Below are positions 1-12,900 of a DNA stretch of 64,000 bases, in pieces. Positions within the stretch are counted from its first letter, which is position 1; each line of letters opens with the position of its first letter. Origin of the DNA: Antedon mediterranea. Its lineage: Eukaryota > Animalia > Echinodermata. The position numbers were made by a program, and so were the translations under genes. Location of the stretch: the NCBI RefSeq assembly GCF_964355755.1, contig NC_092672.1:7440001-7504000 (forward strand), read 5' to 3'. The notes below the pieces were generated by a model that was not told where the DNA came from, did no database searches, and saw only the letters and a list, made by a program, of their open reading frames with translations.

Positions 1-203
1 AGAAGAAGTAAACACATTTTTAAAATAGATTCACCTTCTATATCAACAAAGTATAAACAATTTGGATTAATTCATGTTTTACCTCCTCATTTTTCCTATT
101 TATTCTTAAATGCAGAAACAGTTATTTTTTTATTTTCAAAGAAAATGCATCTTGTTTATCTCTAATACAATTAAAACTGACATTGTTTTTAGAAGAAAAA
201 ATC

Positions 204-2521
204 ATGTCATCAGAATCAAAAGAGGTTCGAAAACAGGTCAAAGAAATGGTTGACTACATAGCTTGGTACATAGATACGATTGAAGAGAGACCATCGTTAG
301 CACAAGTAGAACCTGGTTAGCTCAGCAAACTGATCCCAAATGCAGCACCACAAAAACCAGAAAAATGGGAAGATATTATGAAAGAATTAGAGAAGGCCAT
401 CATGCCAGGTGTAAGTATTTTTTACTTCGCAATTTCCACGATCATCAAAAAATCAGAAAAACAAACAGTTATTTGAAAAAAGTTTCGAAAACAGAAGTTT
501 GGTGGGTTGTGGAGCCGTGAAATGTGCAAAAAGTCACATTTGTGCAAACAACCACATTTGTGCAAACATTTTACCTTTAAATGTGCAAATCTGTTAAAAT
601 TCATAACCCGCAAATGTGCAAACATCTTGCCGTTAAATGTAAAAACGGTCAGATTTGACGTTAAATGTGCAAAAGGTATTCTACAAATGTGCAAATCATT
701 TATTCAGTCAAATTCCTATTACATTTTATATTTTTGGTTCGTATGTCTTTCAGAGTAGAAATAACAATAGGAAAAAGAGTCTAATAAATTTAAAATGCTC
801 AATATCTTAATAACTAATTATACTGTTGTATTTTATTATGATCAAAGGCTCTAAATCGCACATTTGAAGGTAAAATGTTTACACAAATGTGGTTGTTTGC
901 ACAAATGTGACTTTTTGCACATTTCACGGCTCCACATGGGTCTCTTCTAACTCATGATCACCATATCGCTAATACCGAGTAAACAAACTCCTAAATTTCT
1001 TTCAAACACGTCTCTCTACATGATAGTAGTTGCAAATATCAAAGCATGTTTTTCAACTAAAGCATAGAGCCTCACTTCCAGGTTGCACGTGCTGCTTATT
1101 TATCAATTAGAGTCCATTCAATTTATACAATAAAACGAATTATACAATAAACAAATTATACAATAAAACGTTTTTTATTTGTGTATAAACAGGTTAGCCA
1201 TTGGCGTAGTCCTAATTTTCATGCCTTCTATGAAGTTGGAAGTTCATGTCCATCAATACTAATGTGATATGCTGGGTGATGGCATTGGTTGTGTTGGCTT
1301 TACGTGGGTAATTATTGTGTTTGTCTTTTACATATCATATTTTGTCTTTCGAAAAAAGAAACCATTGTTTGTCTATAATAACAAAAACAAATATTGTGGT
1401 TTATTTGTCTTTTACAAACAATGGTTTGTTCATAATAAAAAGACAAAATGTGGTTTTTAAAAGACATGATGATATGATAGTTTGTCTTTTTATAAAATTC
1501 CTGCTTATCAAATTATCAGATTCCTGCAACAAGGAATACAATCACACAATTAATAAATATTTTTGGAATATATATATATTATTTGAAATATTTGTTTTAT
1601 AAGACACATACAGCCGCAGGTTGGTTTTCAATCAGTCACTACGTTGCAAACAGTGTGAACGTGCAATAGAAACATTTGATAAAACTATTATAAAACTGCT
1701 ACTGATAACTACTATTAACCAATCCGATAGTAAAGATACACTCTTGTGTGCATAACATCACTTTTTGAATAGCACGAGATTCGAAAATAGCCAATCATAT
1801 AGTAAGCATACACTCGGTGACCAAGTGGTTATAAGACAGTGGAACCGCATCCCTAGACATAATACTGAGAATGTTTCTTGGCTCATTGGCTCAAAATATA
1901 CTGGTGATACGACGTCATTTATTGTTCATTATTGTGCCTCCTTCAATAATTCAACATTGTTTTGTGTAGATTGTCATCCCAGCTTGCACAGAACTTGAAA
2001 CGATTGTTTTAGATTGGATATGTAAAGCAATAGGCCTACCTAATGAATTCCTGACAGAAGGTAGTGGAAAAGGTGGAGGGGTAATACAGGTAATTTACAA
2101 ATTAATCAAGAACAATGACGGAGGCGGATTGATTCTACAGTGAGTGTCTTAATCATAGATCTCTTTTTGATTTCAAACCTATTAAAATAAATTATAATAC
2201 TTCACCATGGTAAAAATGTCAACACCTTTTTTAAACGTGTGAAAACTCACTTGTACACATCAGAAACATTTCCGTTTTTACCTCTGAACATTAACATAAG
2301 GATACCGGCGCTATATAATCATATTGATTGATTCGGATAGAGATTGATTCATAATCGTACTGTGATCATGTGATTTTGTTTTTCAGGGATCTGCTAGTGA
2401 AGCTACCATATTTTCGTTGCTGGCAGCCAATATGAAAACTATTCGTCAGGTGGTTGAAAGGGAGCCGGATAAGGACCAGTATGATGTATTGCCAAAAATG
2501 ATTGCCTATACTTCAGACCAG
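204..2521 (+). pseudogene. Aromatic-L-amino-acid (DOPA) decarboxylase-like unprocessed pseudogene; first four coding exons only
   Basis: GT-AG exons 204-410, 1193-1307, 1970-2089 and 2387-2521 translate to MSSESKEVRKQVKEMVDYIAWYIDTIEERPSLAQVEPG*LSKLIP...IMPG / VSHWRSPNFHAFY...DMLGDGIGCVGFTW / ...[13 protein letters not shown]...GGGVIQ / GSASEAT...AYTSDQ, collinear with the DDC/HDC N-terminus. There is an in-frame TAG at 318-320 where Tyr is expected (VEPGYL) and a +1 frameshift near 1261. No AHSS exon or later exon was found before the convergent SLC22 gene. Confidence 0.9.
508..936. mobile_element. Non-autonomous TIR element (TGT...ACA ends, 5-bp TSD; Ginger-like)
   Basis: About 80-bp TIRs (TGTGGAGCCGTGAAATGTGCAAAAAG... 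/ ...CTTTTTGCACATTTCACGGCTCCACA). TGGGT is duplicated at 503-507 and 937-941. The Ginger assignment is inferred from the termini only. Confidence 0.8.
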
Positions 2522-2905
2522 GTGAGAATACATTGCGAAAGAGAGAATTATTAAACCGTTCAATTATTATTAAATCATTCAAATGAACTTATTTGTGCAT
2601 GTGAATTGTGTGTGTTTCGAGGTTTATTCACCTTTTCGAGGACACTTAGATCCACGTTCTAGATAAATTAATCCCTTATTTTTTACAAAGTCCAAATAAT
2701 GTATTACAGTAAAAACAATTGCCGGCATTAATTAAGTTTTCTTTTCCTCCATAATAACAACCAGTTGTCGTATTCACCATTCACACTTAGGGTAAGGGAA
2801 ACACTTGCCCTTAAAACAATAAAAAAAAAGGTTGAACCTTATAGAATGAAGCGGTTTTTTTACAAGCAATCTACGAAATAGTATAACATAATGCAGAGTC
2901 GTTGA

Positions 2906-5900
2906 TTATATTTCGCTTTCGCTGAGTTTCTCATTTTGGGTTACACTTGATATAAACGGTTTAGTAGTTCTGAAAAATAAAATAATGATTATAATATGAA
3001 CAAATCATCTTTTAGATATTTCATATGGAAACAAAAACATAATTTGATTATACTGTAGTTCAATTAAAGTGTGTAACCTTAATTTATATAAACAACAACT
3101 GGTAGCCTCAGTATTGTGATATCGCAATTACACTTGTTTTGTGATTAATACAATGATGTAATGTATAAACGGCATAACTACGTAAAAAGATTTCGGGTCC
3201 ATTCCATTGTACGTTGTACTAGAGTACGTTATGCTAGAGTACGGTACGTTATGCTATTGTAGAAATGTTGTCATCAGAATCGTATTGACCGACATCAAGT
3301 ATGTTTCTTGTTTCTTGGTACACTGACGGTGGCGTGATAGAAAACTATGTCACCATGCTAAAACCACCTTATAAGCCGCTGTACAGTCACTTACCCAAGA
3401 TCTTCACCTTCTTTTATAGTTTGTGGCAGATTTATTCCCTTGGTTTCTGGTAGTAAAAGTGCAATGAACCCGGCAATAATTGCCAGAGCAGCAAATATAA
3501 GATACGGAAGCTGTTTGAAAATGACACCAACGTAGAGTATCTGCGGGGCTACGATTCCTCCTAAGCCACCCAACAATGTAGATGCTCCAAAGGCTGTATT
3601 TCTGTAAGATTATATACAAATAATTTTATTTAGTATTTGCAGTTATTAATACAATAAAACCACTATTTATCAAACGCATTCGGAACCCAGAAAAATGTCT
3701 TCTAAATAGGGGTGTCACCTGAACAGATGAGTTGGGCGCAGTGTTAACATTGTATTGCTTTTTTTTCGTTTTACGGTAAAGTCTAATTAACAGACGATTT
3801 GATTTATTTAGAATAAAAAGAACCCGTTTTGACAATCATAGCGAGTCATCCGATATCAAGGTGTTTGATGACTTTTCTTATACAGTATTATATACCGAGC
3901 TTCATGGAAAGGATTTTTTCGTAGGTAGGTACGTTATGGAAAAACATCATGAATTATTCATGAGTAACCTCAGCTGACCCCAATACGCATGTCCAATCAA
4001 TATCGTAAAAAGACAAAACGAGAAACTGAGAGAGGTTCTATGTTCCGCTACGCTTTTGGCGAGAACAGGTGAGAAAAGACGACACAGCAGAACAAGCCAC
4101 CAAGAAGAAACTAAGGACAAATATAAGGTAGGCCTACATATTACCTTATAGGAGTAGGATAAACCTCTGTAGCAAATATATAAACAATTGAGAAACTTGC
4201 TGAGATGCCAAATTTTCCAATCATTCCCATAGTGACAACTAATATCTCATTTGCTATTGAAAACAAGATTATAATTTATAAGTAAAATCATATCTAAAAA
4301 ATAAATATAATATAAATAATAACAATTTAAAAAATATATACGGAAATATGTTTTCATACTTACAAAATACAGAAGTAGCGGCACAAGCCACTCCTGTCAC
4401 TGACATTGTCAGACTTAAAGGAATTCGCCGTCCAAATCGTTCAATTACTATCCAGCTGTAAATAACACCTGGGATCTCAATAAGACCTGCCAGAGCGTTT
4501 GTAACGTAGTCGTTTGACCCAAGTTTGACAATGCTGAGTGATATACCACTATAGACTAACGAATTTACAAACCTATGAAAAAATCACATTGAAAAGAGCT
4601 TGTAATGTATATATGCTTGGAGAAATAATAAAATTGAATAAATTATTTCTCCACGGTGTATGTAAATATACAAGCATTCTTTACAAACCTCTGGTATAAT
4701 AGCTTTCACTACTATGCCAAACCTCAGGTTGGTGGAACCGCCATCAACTAGGCCATCTACCGTGACATGTTCTTGTCGCACTGTGCGTACTTTGGTCGAC
4801 GTTATGCAAAAAACTGTGAGGTATTTGTAAATAATTAAAGTTACAGAAAAATAGATAATTTTAACATTACCATATGTAGACCATCATTATAAACCTTCTC
4901 CGAATATGCTTGTAACGTACTAAGTCCAGTGAGGTGAATTTTAACACGGATGGATCTGCTGTCTTCTATGTAAAACAAAACCAAAAGAATACTACATGAC
5001 ATCTGGAAAACAGGATACAGTATCAGACTGTCTTTATCATTACAATTCCCTCCCTCAAGTAAACCAAATATTGTTCAGAAAAACGAACTATCAGATATTA
5101 CTTTGACAAATTAAAGAGAGTATTCCCAATGTTGATAACATTGTATTTATAGTTTTGGTTTTAAGGACGTAAGTAATTTGACCAATCACAAGCGATTAAT
5201 TATCCGAACTGTTGCTTGTGATTCGTCAACTTACTTGCGTTGTGCCCACGTCATTGCTTTGCGTCCAAAAGTGTGAACCAAGCTATATAGAGTGAAACTT
5301 TACGACACAAAAAAATCCTAAAATTATCTCTTACCAGCCAAGAGTAAAATTACATTCAAATTTTACTCTTACCAAATTGTTTGATGATGCCGGATCTACT
5401 TTGAATAGTACTTTACAGAACTCGTACATTTCTGTTTTATTCTTGCTATTTTTTTTACAAGCACGTTTTAATATCTGTTCTGCTTTACTGAACTCATTTC
5501 CAGAGTGAAGCCAACGTGGAGATTCTGGGACCACACTGTAAATAATTATCAAATATAGAGAAAAGATAACATTAGAATACTAACGGACAGTTATATACTT
5601 TTTTTTATCTGTATTGTTTGTGTTTATCGTTTAATTAATCGTATCTCGAATCTCATTTCAAGAGCCAAGATTCAAGAAATTGTATTGGTCAACTTAAAAT
5701 GGAAAATAACTAGAAAGAAAAATAATCAAAATGCAAAAACTCTATAGTCCAATGCTAAAATAGTGTTGATAAGCCAATGTTAAAATTCTGTTAACAATGT
5801 TAAAATACTGTTAAGCTCTGTCCACACTATCAAACGTTATGTGACAACAAAATGTGATGTGCCCATATGTAGACCTACACGATGATATCATATCACTACC

Positions 5901-8537
5901 ATATTTGGGCATTTCACTACCACTACAAATATTTGGGTACATCAGACAGAGCTTTAAAAACACAGATTGCAAAAATGCCAAAGGCCAATGTAAAATACTA
6001 TTGTGCATATTTTTACATTTTTTTTTCAACAATGTTCCATGAGCAATAGACAATTTTGTTTCAATACAAAATAAAAAGCATGTACCTACATACATATTAA
6101 AACACATATGAGTGCATGGATAACAAGCATTGCCAGCAAACGATATCGCCAATTTTGGATCATATAGGCAAAGAACGATGCTAGAGTATAGCCGATTGCC
6201 CATTGAAAATTGAGAAAGGACCCCGCTAAAGACCGTTTTGATGGGCTAACTAATTCACAACCTGAATAAAGAAAAAATTGAATGATAATAATTTATTAGA
6301 ATAATACACTTACTCTATTATTAATTATACATAACTAAAAACAAAATGCCCTTTTAAAAAAACAAATTGGTTCGTTCTGGTGTGCTTCAACTTTTTTTGC
6401 AATGCAATATTTAAAATTAATACAAAAATAATACATTTTAAATATAAACAACTTTTGGAATGAGCAGAAAAGGCGTTGGGGGCATCCGTGACACTGTAAT
6501 TGGTATACTCCAAAAGTATATTATTGTTGATTATTTGAAATGATGATTTTTTTTATTTATTTATTGTATTGTAACTTTTTTTGGACATTTCCTGGCAGGT
6601 AGTGACTATGAAATTCCCTTACTTTATTGTTTGCTTATTTGTGTTATAATTGTAAATGTATGGTATTTGCCTGAATAGATTATGTTTTTATTCACCATAA
6701 ACAAATACTGTAGTGTACACTCCAGTGGCGCATATCGCCGACAAAAGTCTGAATATCGTATACATCCAATACGACTGTGCTGCCATTGTTCCAACACAGA
6801 CTATGCTCCAGAGTAACATACAAACAACAGTAGTCGGCTTTCTTCCATATCTAAACATAACAAAAAATGATATTTAAACAATTTACATTTTAGGATATTG
6901 TAGGTTGTTGTGGAAGTTGCTATTGGTAATTTCCTGTTGAATTTTTTTCTCTTTTTGTTTTTTTATGTTTTGTATATGGATATGGAGGTACTATCCGAAA
7001 TAAAGGAAATAAATGAATGAATAACAGCACACTATTGATATTGACTTCTTCTCATTCGCACATGTTGAGCGAAAGTGGGGAATTTAGAGCTACCAAGACC
7101 ATGAAAATGAAGAAAGAACATGTTCGTATTATGTTAGAGCGGGTCAAAAATGGTTGAGCACTGTTTTCCGACCTAAAGAGCTAACAATATCGGCATTGAT
7201 TCTAGCCCGACTCGCTTGTTCTGGTGATGAAATAAGTCTTCTCGGGTAAACAATATAAACCGTAGGTCCAGTGTGCACTTTAAAGGACCTAGTTCATCTT
7301 TCGAGACGAGTAGGGGATGGAACTGGACAACGGTAGCCCCTGTGTCAGGGGAATGCCTGACACAGGTGTCTAAAATCTGTGATTAATTTACTCATGGACC
7401 CATACATTAGGTCCATGATTTATACTATACCGTTTTCTATTATTAGGCCTAAATAGAAATGTCTAGGCCTACCTGTCACCAATGTTTCCAATAATCAATG
7501 ATCCAATTAGCAATCCAGCATACTCCAACGATAATGATAATGAAATCAGGTACGTATTCTCACATACTAAATCAAACTAAAAAAAATAATATAATTGAAC
7601 TATTAGTAAAATTAAGTTTAGAACCGATTTTTCTCATAATTATACTAATATAATTTTACGCGCATTTCAGGTTAAATTCATGTCACTTTTTACGCCTTTC
7701 GACAATTACTACTGCAAAAAAATCGAAACTACGTAGAGTTCGCGTATTGCCAGATACTATAATATTTGTGTCGTTTAGGACACAGCGAATATCTGCGATT
7801 AGTCCATACAAATTCGTTTTTTTTTCTATGAAAATCTTCTAGTGCTGTATGAGGCATTCAGGGATCAACGGCTAAACGTCTCATCTGAAAGCAAATAACG
7901 AATCAGATCAGAGTAAAACTAAGAGGGCAGTATACTCTGTCGATTACCAGAACATTCATTTTCCCACAGAAACACAATACAATTGGGTGCAGTGGTATAT
8001 AATAATAATAATAATAATAACACTATCCAAAATAATGATAACTTTATACAATAATGGAAATTTCACTCTTCCCTCGGGCTATGTTTTATGAATTACTTTG
8101 CTAAGGTTATTACTTACCTCCTCTGTGACGGATGTCTGATATAGACTATTGTCATATTCAAACCCATTTTGGCAATACAGCGTAGGAGTATTTTTGAATG
8201 AAGAATTCGAAACAAAATCGTAGGCTGTAAAATTGTATTGATTGCAATATTCTTCGTTAATAGTTGTACTGTTATCGTCATGGTGGCGATATTTACTCTT
8301 CATCTGCTGACAATCATATTCATTCAATCCTATCTCAACGCAGCGGTTATCTAACTCTTCAACGCGGCACCAGTGAACAATGTTAGGAAGCAAAAATATA
8401 ACAGCTACCGCATCAAGGCCAGAGGATATATAAACTAAACTGAGAATAAAAAACGAAATTGTGAAATGACGATTATAAGAGCCAATGTACTTAAAAACAT
8501 CGTCAAAGTGAGGAGTAAGATCCACTTTAAATTCCAT
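2906..8537 (-). CDS. SLC22-family organic cation transporter-like protein (paralog A), about 565 aa, 10 exons
   Basis: Exons 8537-8118, 7576-7473, 6850-6696, 6261-6090, 5535-5373, 4965-4871, 4572-4364, 4253-4145, 3601-3395 and 2969-2906 (last exon less certain) give a 1698-nt open frame. Motifs: FDDVFKYIG, HWC, SVTEEFDLVC, DRYGRK, ELV, PESPRWL, ERFGRR, EVYPTPIR, LPETKG. The 104/155/172/109-nt exons are typical of SLC22. Confidence 0.92.
5151..5287. mobile_element. Palindromic MITE family (..GGTTCCCACTAG...CTAGTGGGAACCAAGC..); other copies at about 10709-10860, 25975-26136 and 26755-27690 (split)
   Basis: Shared hairpin core TTGACCAATCACAAGCGA...TCGCTTGTGATTGGTCAA and TAA/TTA flanks. A PIF/Harbinger-like origin is inferred. 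Confidence 0.7.
5811..5956. mobile_element. MITE family AGCTCTGTCTACAC...GTGTAGACAGAGCT; other copies at about 34615-34750, 37360-37480, 41424-41487 and 55683-55834
   Basis: Recurring TIR plus internal ATCACTACCATATTTGGGC repeats, with TAA/TTA flanks. Confidence 0.7.
7230..7350 (+). mobile_element. Deu/Nin-domain SINE fragment
   Basis: TAAACCGTAGGTCCAGTGTGCAC..TTAAAGGACC...TTTCGAGACGAGTAGGGG resembles the recalled DeuSINE core. A related reverse fragment lies at about 7850-7895, and an L2-type tail (GCGCTATATAAAT...TATTATT, - strand) at 11148-11290. Confidence 0.45.
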
Positions 8538-9369
8538 TTGTTTCTTTTGGTCAGTCTTCTTGGTGGTTATATGGCGGTACAGGTACTCAAATATTTATTG
8601 AACTTTGTACCCATGATTGGCTTTGAACATAGTTAGTTCAATACACTATTAACACATCACAACAATGGCAAAATATCCACATTGTAATATATCACACGAA
8701 GTAGTCAGTTACCAGGTTGGAACTCATATATACTTAGTTATTGATTTAAATCTTTTACGTCCTCCCTTAAAACCAGTTAAAAATATTGTAATAAAAAGTG
8801 ACTAAAGAAGGTGAATAACAAAAGTACATTTAATAATAATAATGTACTAAGAAAATTTACTTTATAACAACTATTGCAAAAACACGAACACAGTATTTAA
8901 TACAACTAAATTTGCCATTTTTTAGTAATACAGATATCCCATTCCTTTTGATCTTAAATCCAGTGTCTATAAGTTTAATTGTGGGGCTGTGACGCCTCTT
9001 ACATCGGGGAAACTTCCCCACATCCAAAGACAAGGAATCAAAAACATATGGGTAGGGATAGAAATTCACATACTGTACAAACACATTAACAATAATAAGA
9101 ATTGCCTAGATCAACGCAGCAAACACAATTTTAAAAATTATTGACACAGCCACCAATAGTTACAAATTAAAAATAAAAGAAGCCCTATACATAAAATGGA
9201 ATAGGCCATGTCTTAACAAACAAATTACTTGTTATATTTAAAAATGCACCCGACCCTTATAAAGGTATAATATAACTACTAGACCGTATCTCATTGCATT
9301 GATGATTTTGTTAGGCGTAACAACGAAACATATTTGCATTTGTTTTCATCAAACTCAAGCTTATTCCAA

Positions 9370-9550
9370 TTGTATTGTGCTGTTAGAAGCTCGGCAACAT
9401 TGGACACGACATCACCTCAATTAAACACTTCAGTGTCAACGGACTTTCGAAAGTTGAAAAGGCTCTCGAAAAAATCCGTTAAAGCAGCAGCTGATATAAA
9501 CTGTTTACAAATTTGCAAAACGTTCGGCGTTTTTCCGAAATGTATAATAA
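9370..9550 (+). mobile_element. Penelope-like retroelement N-terminal coding remnant
   Basis: Translation TDFRKLKRLSKKSVKAAADINCLQICKTFGVFPKCI resembles the N-terminal region of Penelope-like ORFs (recalled pattern). No RT domain is present. Confidence 0.4.
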
Positions 9551-9938
9551 TAATCTAATTTTCAACAAGTTGAATTAGTGATATTTCGTACATGCAATTA
9601 TCTTATTTTAGCATTCGAATGACATCTGAAACAACGAAAGCGTCCTCATTCCAATGTATTCTCTCTACCTAACTCATGTAAGTAGCAGTGGACCGTATCT
9701 AATTATCATTAATCACCCCTTCTCCTCAGGTTTAAGTTTAAAATTATGAATTTTTAAAGCGATTGCCTTTCTCTAACCCTAACCCCTTTAACACCTCGGT
9801 TTAGTTTTCCCAGGGAAATGTAGGCCTAAAATAAAATTATTAATTTTGTAATTTTAGTCTTCTCTGATTCTCCTTTTACATTCCAATGTATAATTGATAA
9901 GATTGCTTTTATAATACCGGTTCAGTTCACTGTTATCT

Positions 9939-12900
9939 TCATTCAGAAATTGCAGAATCTGATGATTCTATTTTATTCAGTAGAACTTTCATCTCTCCTG
10001 GGTCTGTCGCAGGCGACCACCCTTGTTCTTCTGCATCACCAAATATCAGAAAGAACACCATTCCAAAGAACAGCACTGCAGAGGTTATCATGAATAAGAT
10101 TGACCACTGTCCAAACGTATTCTTAAAAATACAAACAGTGAAATCTTCTTTTAATTATTGCAGATAAATATATTTTTCATCAAACATAATTTGAGGAAAG
10201 TGACATTATAGACTAAGATTAATGTTAAAAGTTCCATTTTCTGACTGGTGGCCCCTTTTCCTGGAAATCAATCTAAATCTAAGCGTAAATGGAAATAATT
10301 ATGTGGCCATAACCTGTGTATCGAGATGTCTAACTGGCCTGAATTGCGCACATGTGTTGGCGATGTAGGCCTACGTGACAATGTAATTTAAAACGCAAGC
10401 ATTCATTGTGCATATTATAATATGGTAACTTACGTTGTGTGTTATTAATTCACCAAGAATAAATGGACCAACAAAACCAGTAGTACTCGACACCATTATT
10501 ACCACTCCAATAATTATTCCAGAATATTTTGGAGATAAGTCCAATGCATTTGTAGATAAACTTGCTGGGTTGAATCCAAATGCGCAGAAGATAAGTATGA
10601 TAAGTAGCATAGATGCGACTACGGACTCTCCAACTTGACTCAAGACAATAAAACAAACTGAAGAAACTCCAAGATCTAATTTAATATATGAAATTCAAAT
10701 TGTTTCATTAAGGCTAGTTCCCACTAGGACGTAAGCCGCAATGTAAGTGAATTGACCAATCAAAATGAAAGAATGAATTATTCCAACTATTGCCTGTGAT
10801 TGGTCAATTGGCTTGCGCTGTGGCTTACGTTTTTACGTTGCGTCCTGGTTTATACCGGCTACCTAATAGGACAATGATGATCTTTTTAGGCTTATTTTTT
10901 TACATTATGTCTACGTCCAAGGATATTTAAGGCCTTGCAAACATTATATAACAAATGCCAAAACCTGTTAAGAATCTGTAGTAATTACCTATTACGACAA
11001 AGAGCTTCCTTGTATTCAAGATACTTAGTATGTCACGTCGAATGACAGAGTCTGCACAAAATGCTGAAATTAAAACTACTGGCAATCGAACTAGGCTGGG
11101 AACTGATGTTAGAAAACCCGCCTAGAGTAAAAAAATTACATTAGATAATAATAATACCAATATCCTGGATTTATATAGCGCCTAATGTTGTTGAAACCTC
11201 TAAGCGCTGAACATTATTACCCCAGTCATTTTGGATCAAACACGTATGGAAACATACTCTCTTTTTTTTAGAACAATTTCAACATTTTGCTATTCAGTTT
11301 GTGTATTTAAAACAGCGTTCGCCAACCGAAATGTTTGGTCTAGTGGTAAATGTGTTAACCTATATTACAATGGACCCCTCGGTTCGAGGTATTTCAAGAA
11401 CATGTTTTTTTTTTAATAGTTCAGAGAGATTATTTATAGGGTTAGGTTTATTATATTTAGGAAGTAGATCAGCTATCTATAATAGAAAATAATTAAGGTA
11501 ATGAATTATTCATGATTTCTGCTCACTTTCGTCCTGGAAAAAAAAACTCGGCCCGGAAGCTAGAAATTTCGCTACTACAGCACTCGAGACACAACAAAAA
11601 ATGATGCAAACACTGTGTATTATAATATTTGAAAGTTAAATTATGAAATTGTTGTTTTGGCCAGATGTACATTTGAAATAGAATTAAAACGTAGTTTAAT
11701 ATGGAGGTTATAACAATTTCAAATCAATCGTTAACATGCACCTTAAACAGGCCCGTAGCCAGGGGGGGGGGGGGGTTTATGGTTCGGGCGAACCCCCTTT
11801 ACAGCGACCCCCCCCCCCCCTTAACCGACTGCGAACCCCTATCCCCGACATCCACAATACCTCACCACACCCTCATCTCTGAAAATCCTCCAAATACGTG
11901 CCCCACAATACAAAAGGTAGTTTGTAAATTGAAAAATTTGTAAACTCGTTCGTGAATAAATCATACCTTATTGTTAAACAAATGAATTGGTTGCCGATTT
12001 TCACCTGAAAAATAATACGAATTTTTGGTCCCAGGATGTAACATGATATTGACGCGAGCTTGGGCACGAACGAATCGTACAAAGAACGGGTGTCACGAAA
12101 CCTAAGACCACGAAAGCTAAGACCCCCTAAGACCTAAGATCACGAAAGCTAAGACCCAAGACCTAAGATTACAAATATTTATCTTTCGCACCTGCCTTGT
12201 ATTTTAACTCCCAACATTTATTCTGAATACCACACCTTAGAATTAGCACTTTATGAAAAAGAATTACATAAAAAGTAACAAATACATTTTTAAATTGATG
12301 ATTTTACAGACGTTTTTCTCGCACACATACTGTTTGCGAATTTCACATGACTAGCCCTACACTAACAGTAGGCCTACATCATGTTCAATGTTTTTGTTTC
12401 TATGGAACGTCAACAGAGCAAAAATTATATAGAGTGCTGAAAACTCTGTGGAGTCCATCTACAGTGTGGATGGAACAATGTAAAATTAAAATTGTAATAA
12501 TAGTATAATCATGCTAGTACAGTCGGAAAGCCGCGTTGGTAACGCATCACTGATTTCATTCATTGTGAGGGCGCGCTTCGTGGAAAATGTTGGAATTTTT
12601 GCTATTTTAGTACACTTTGAAAATTGTATAATTTTGATATTAGATGAAATCAATAAACGTATTTCAATAGTTGAACTGCAAGCGTAAATAATGATAAAAA
12701 CTGTGATCTAAATTCCACAGTTTTTTTGTTTCGAGAAATATCATTATTTTGTGTATAAACTTTTTTATTTATATTTTTTTTTAAATGATGGTAAAAAATC
12801 ATTAAATTTCATATTTTCTAGATAAGGTTTCAAAGCGAATTTAAAATCCTTTCAAGATAAACTATTAAGCTATCTATTAAAATAAAAATCTAATTTTAAG

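Noticed and set aside
318-320. Stop-codon readthrough or recoding in the DDC-like gene
   Set aside because: A frameshift in exon 2 and loss of all later exons make pseudogenisation the simpler explanation.
422-758. Overlapping 90-aa and 83-aa ORFs
   Set aside because: They arise from the repetitive TIRs of the MITE in DDC intron 1.
9770-9795. Interstitial telomeric repeat (CTAACCCTAACCC)
   Set aside because: Only about 2 units, and similar AGGGTTAGG motifs recur inside a dispersed repeat (about 11437, 34081).
11330-11400. tRNA gene (A box TGGTCTAGTGG, B box GGTTCGAG)
   Set aside because: No full cloverleaf or acceptor stem; at most a degenerate tRNA-derived SINE head.
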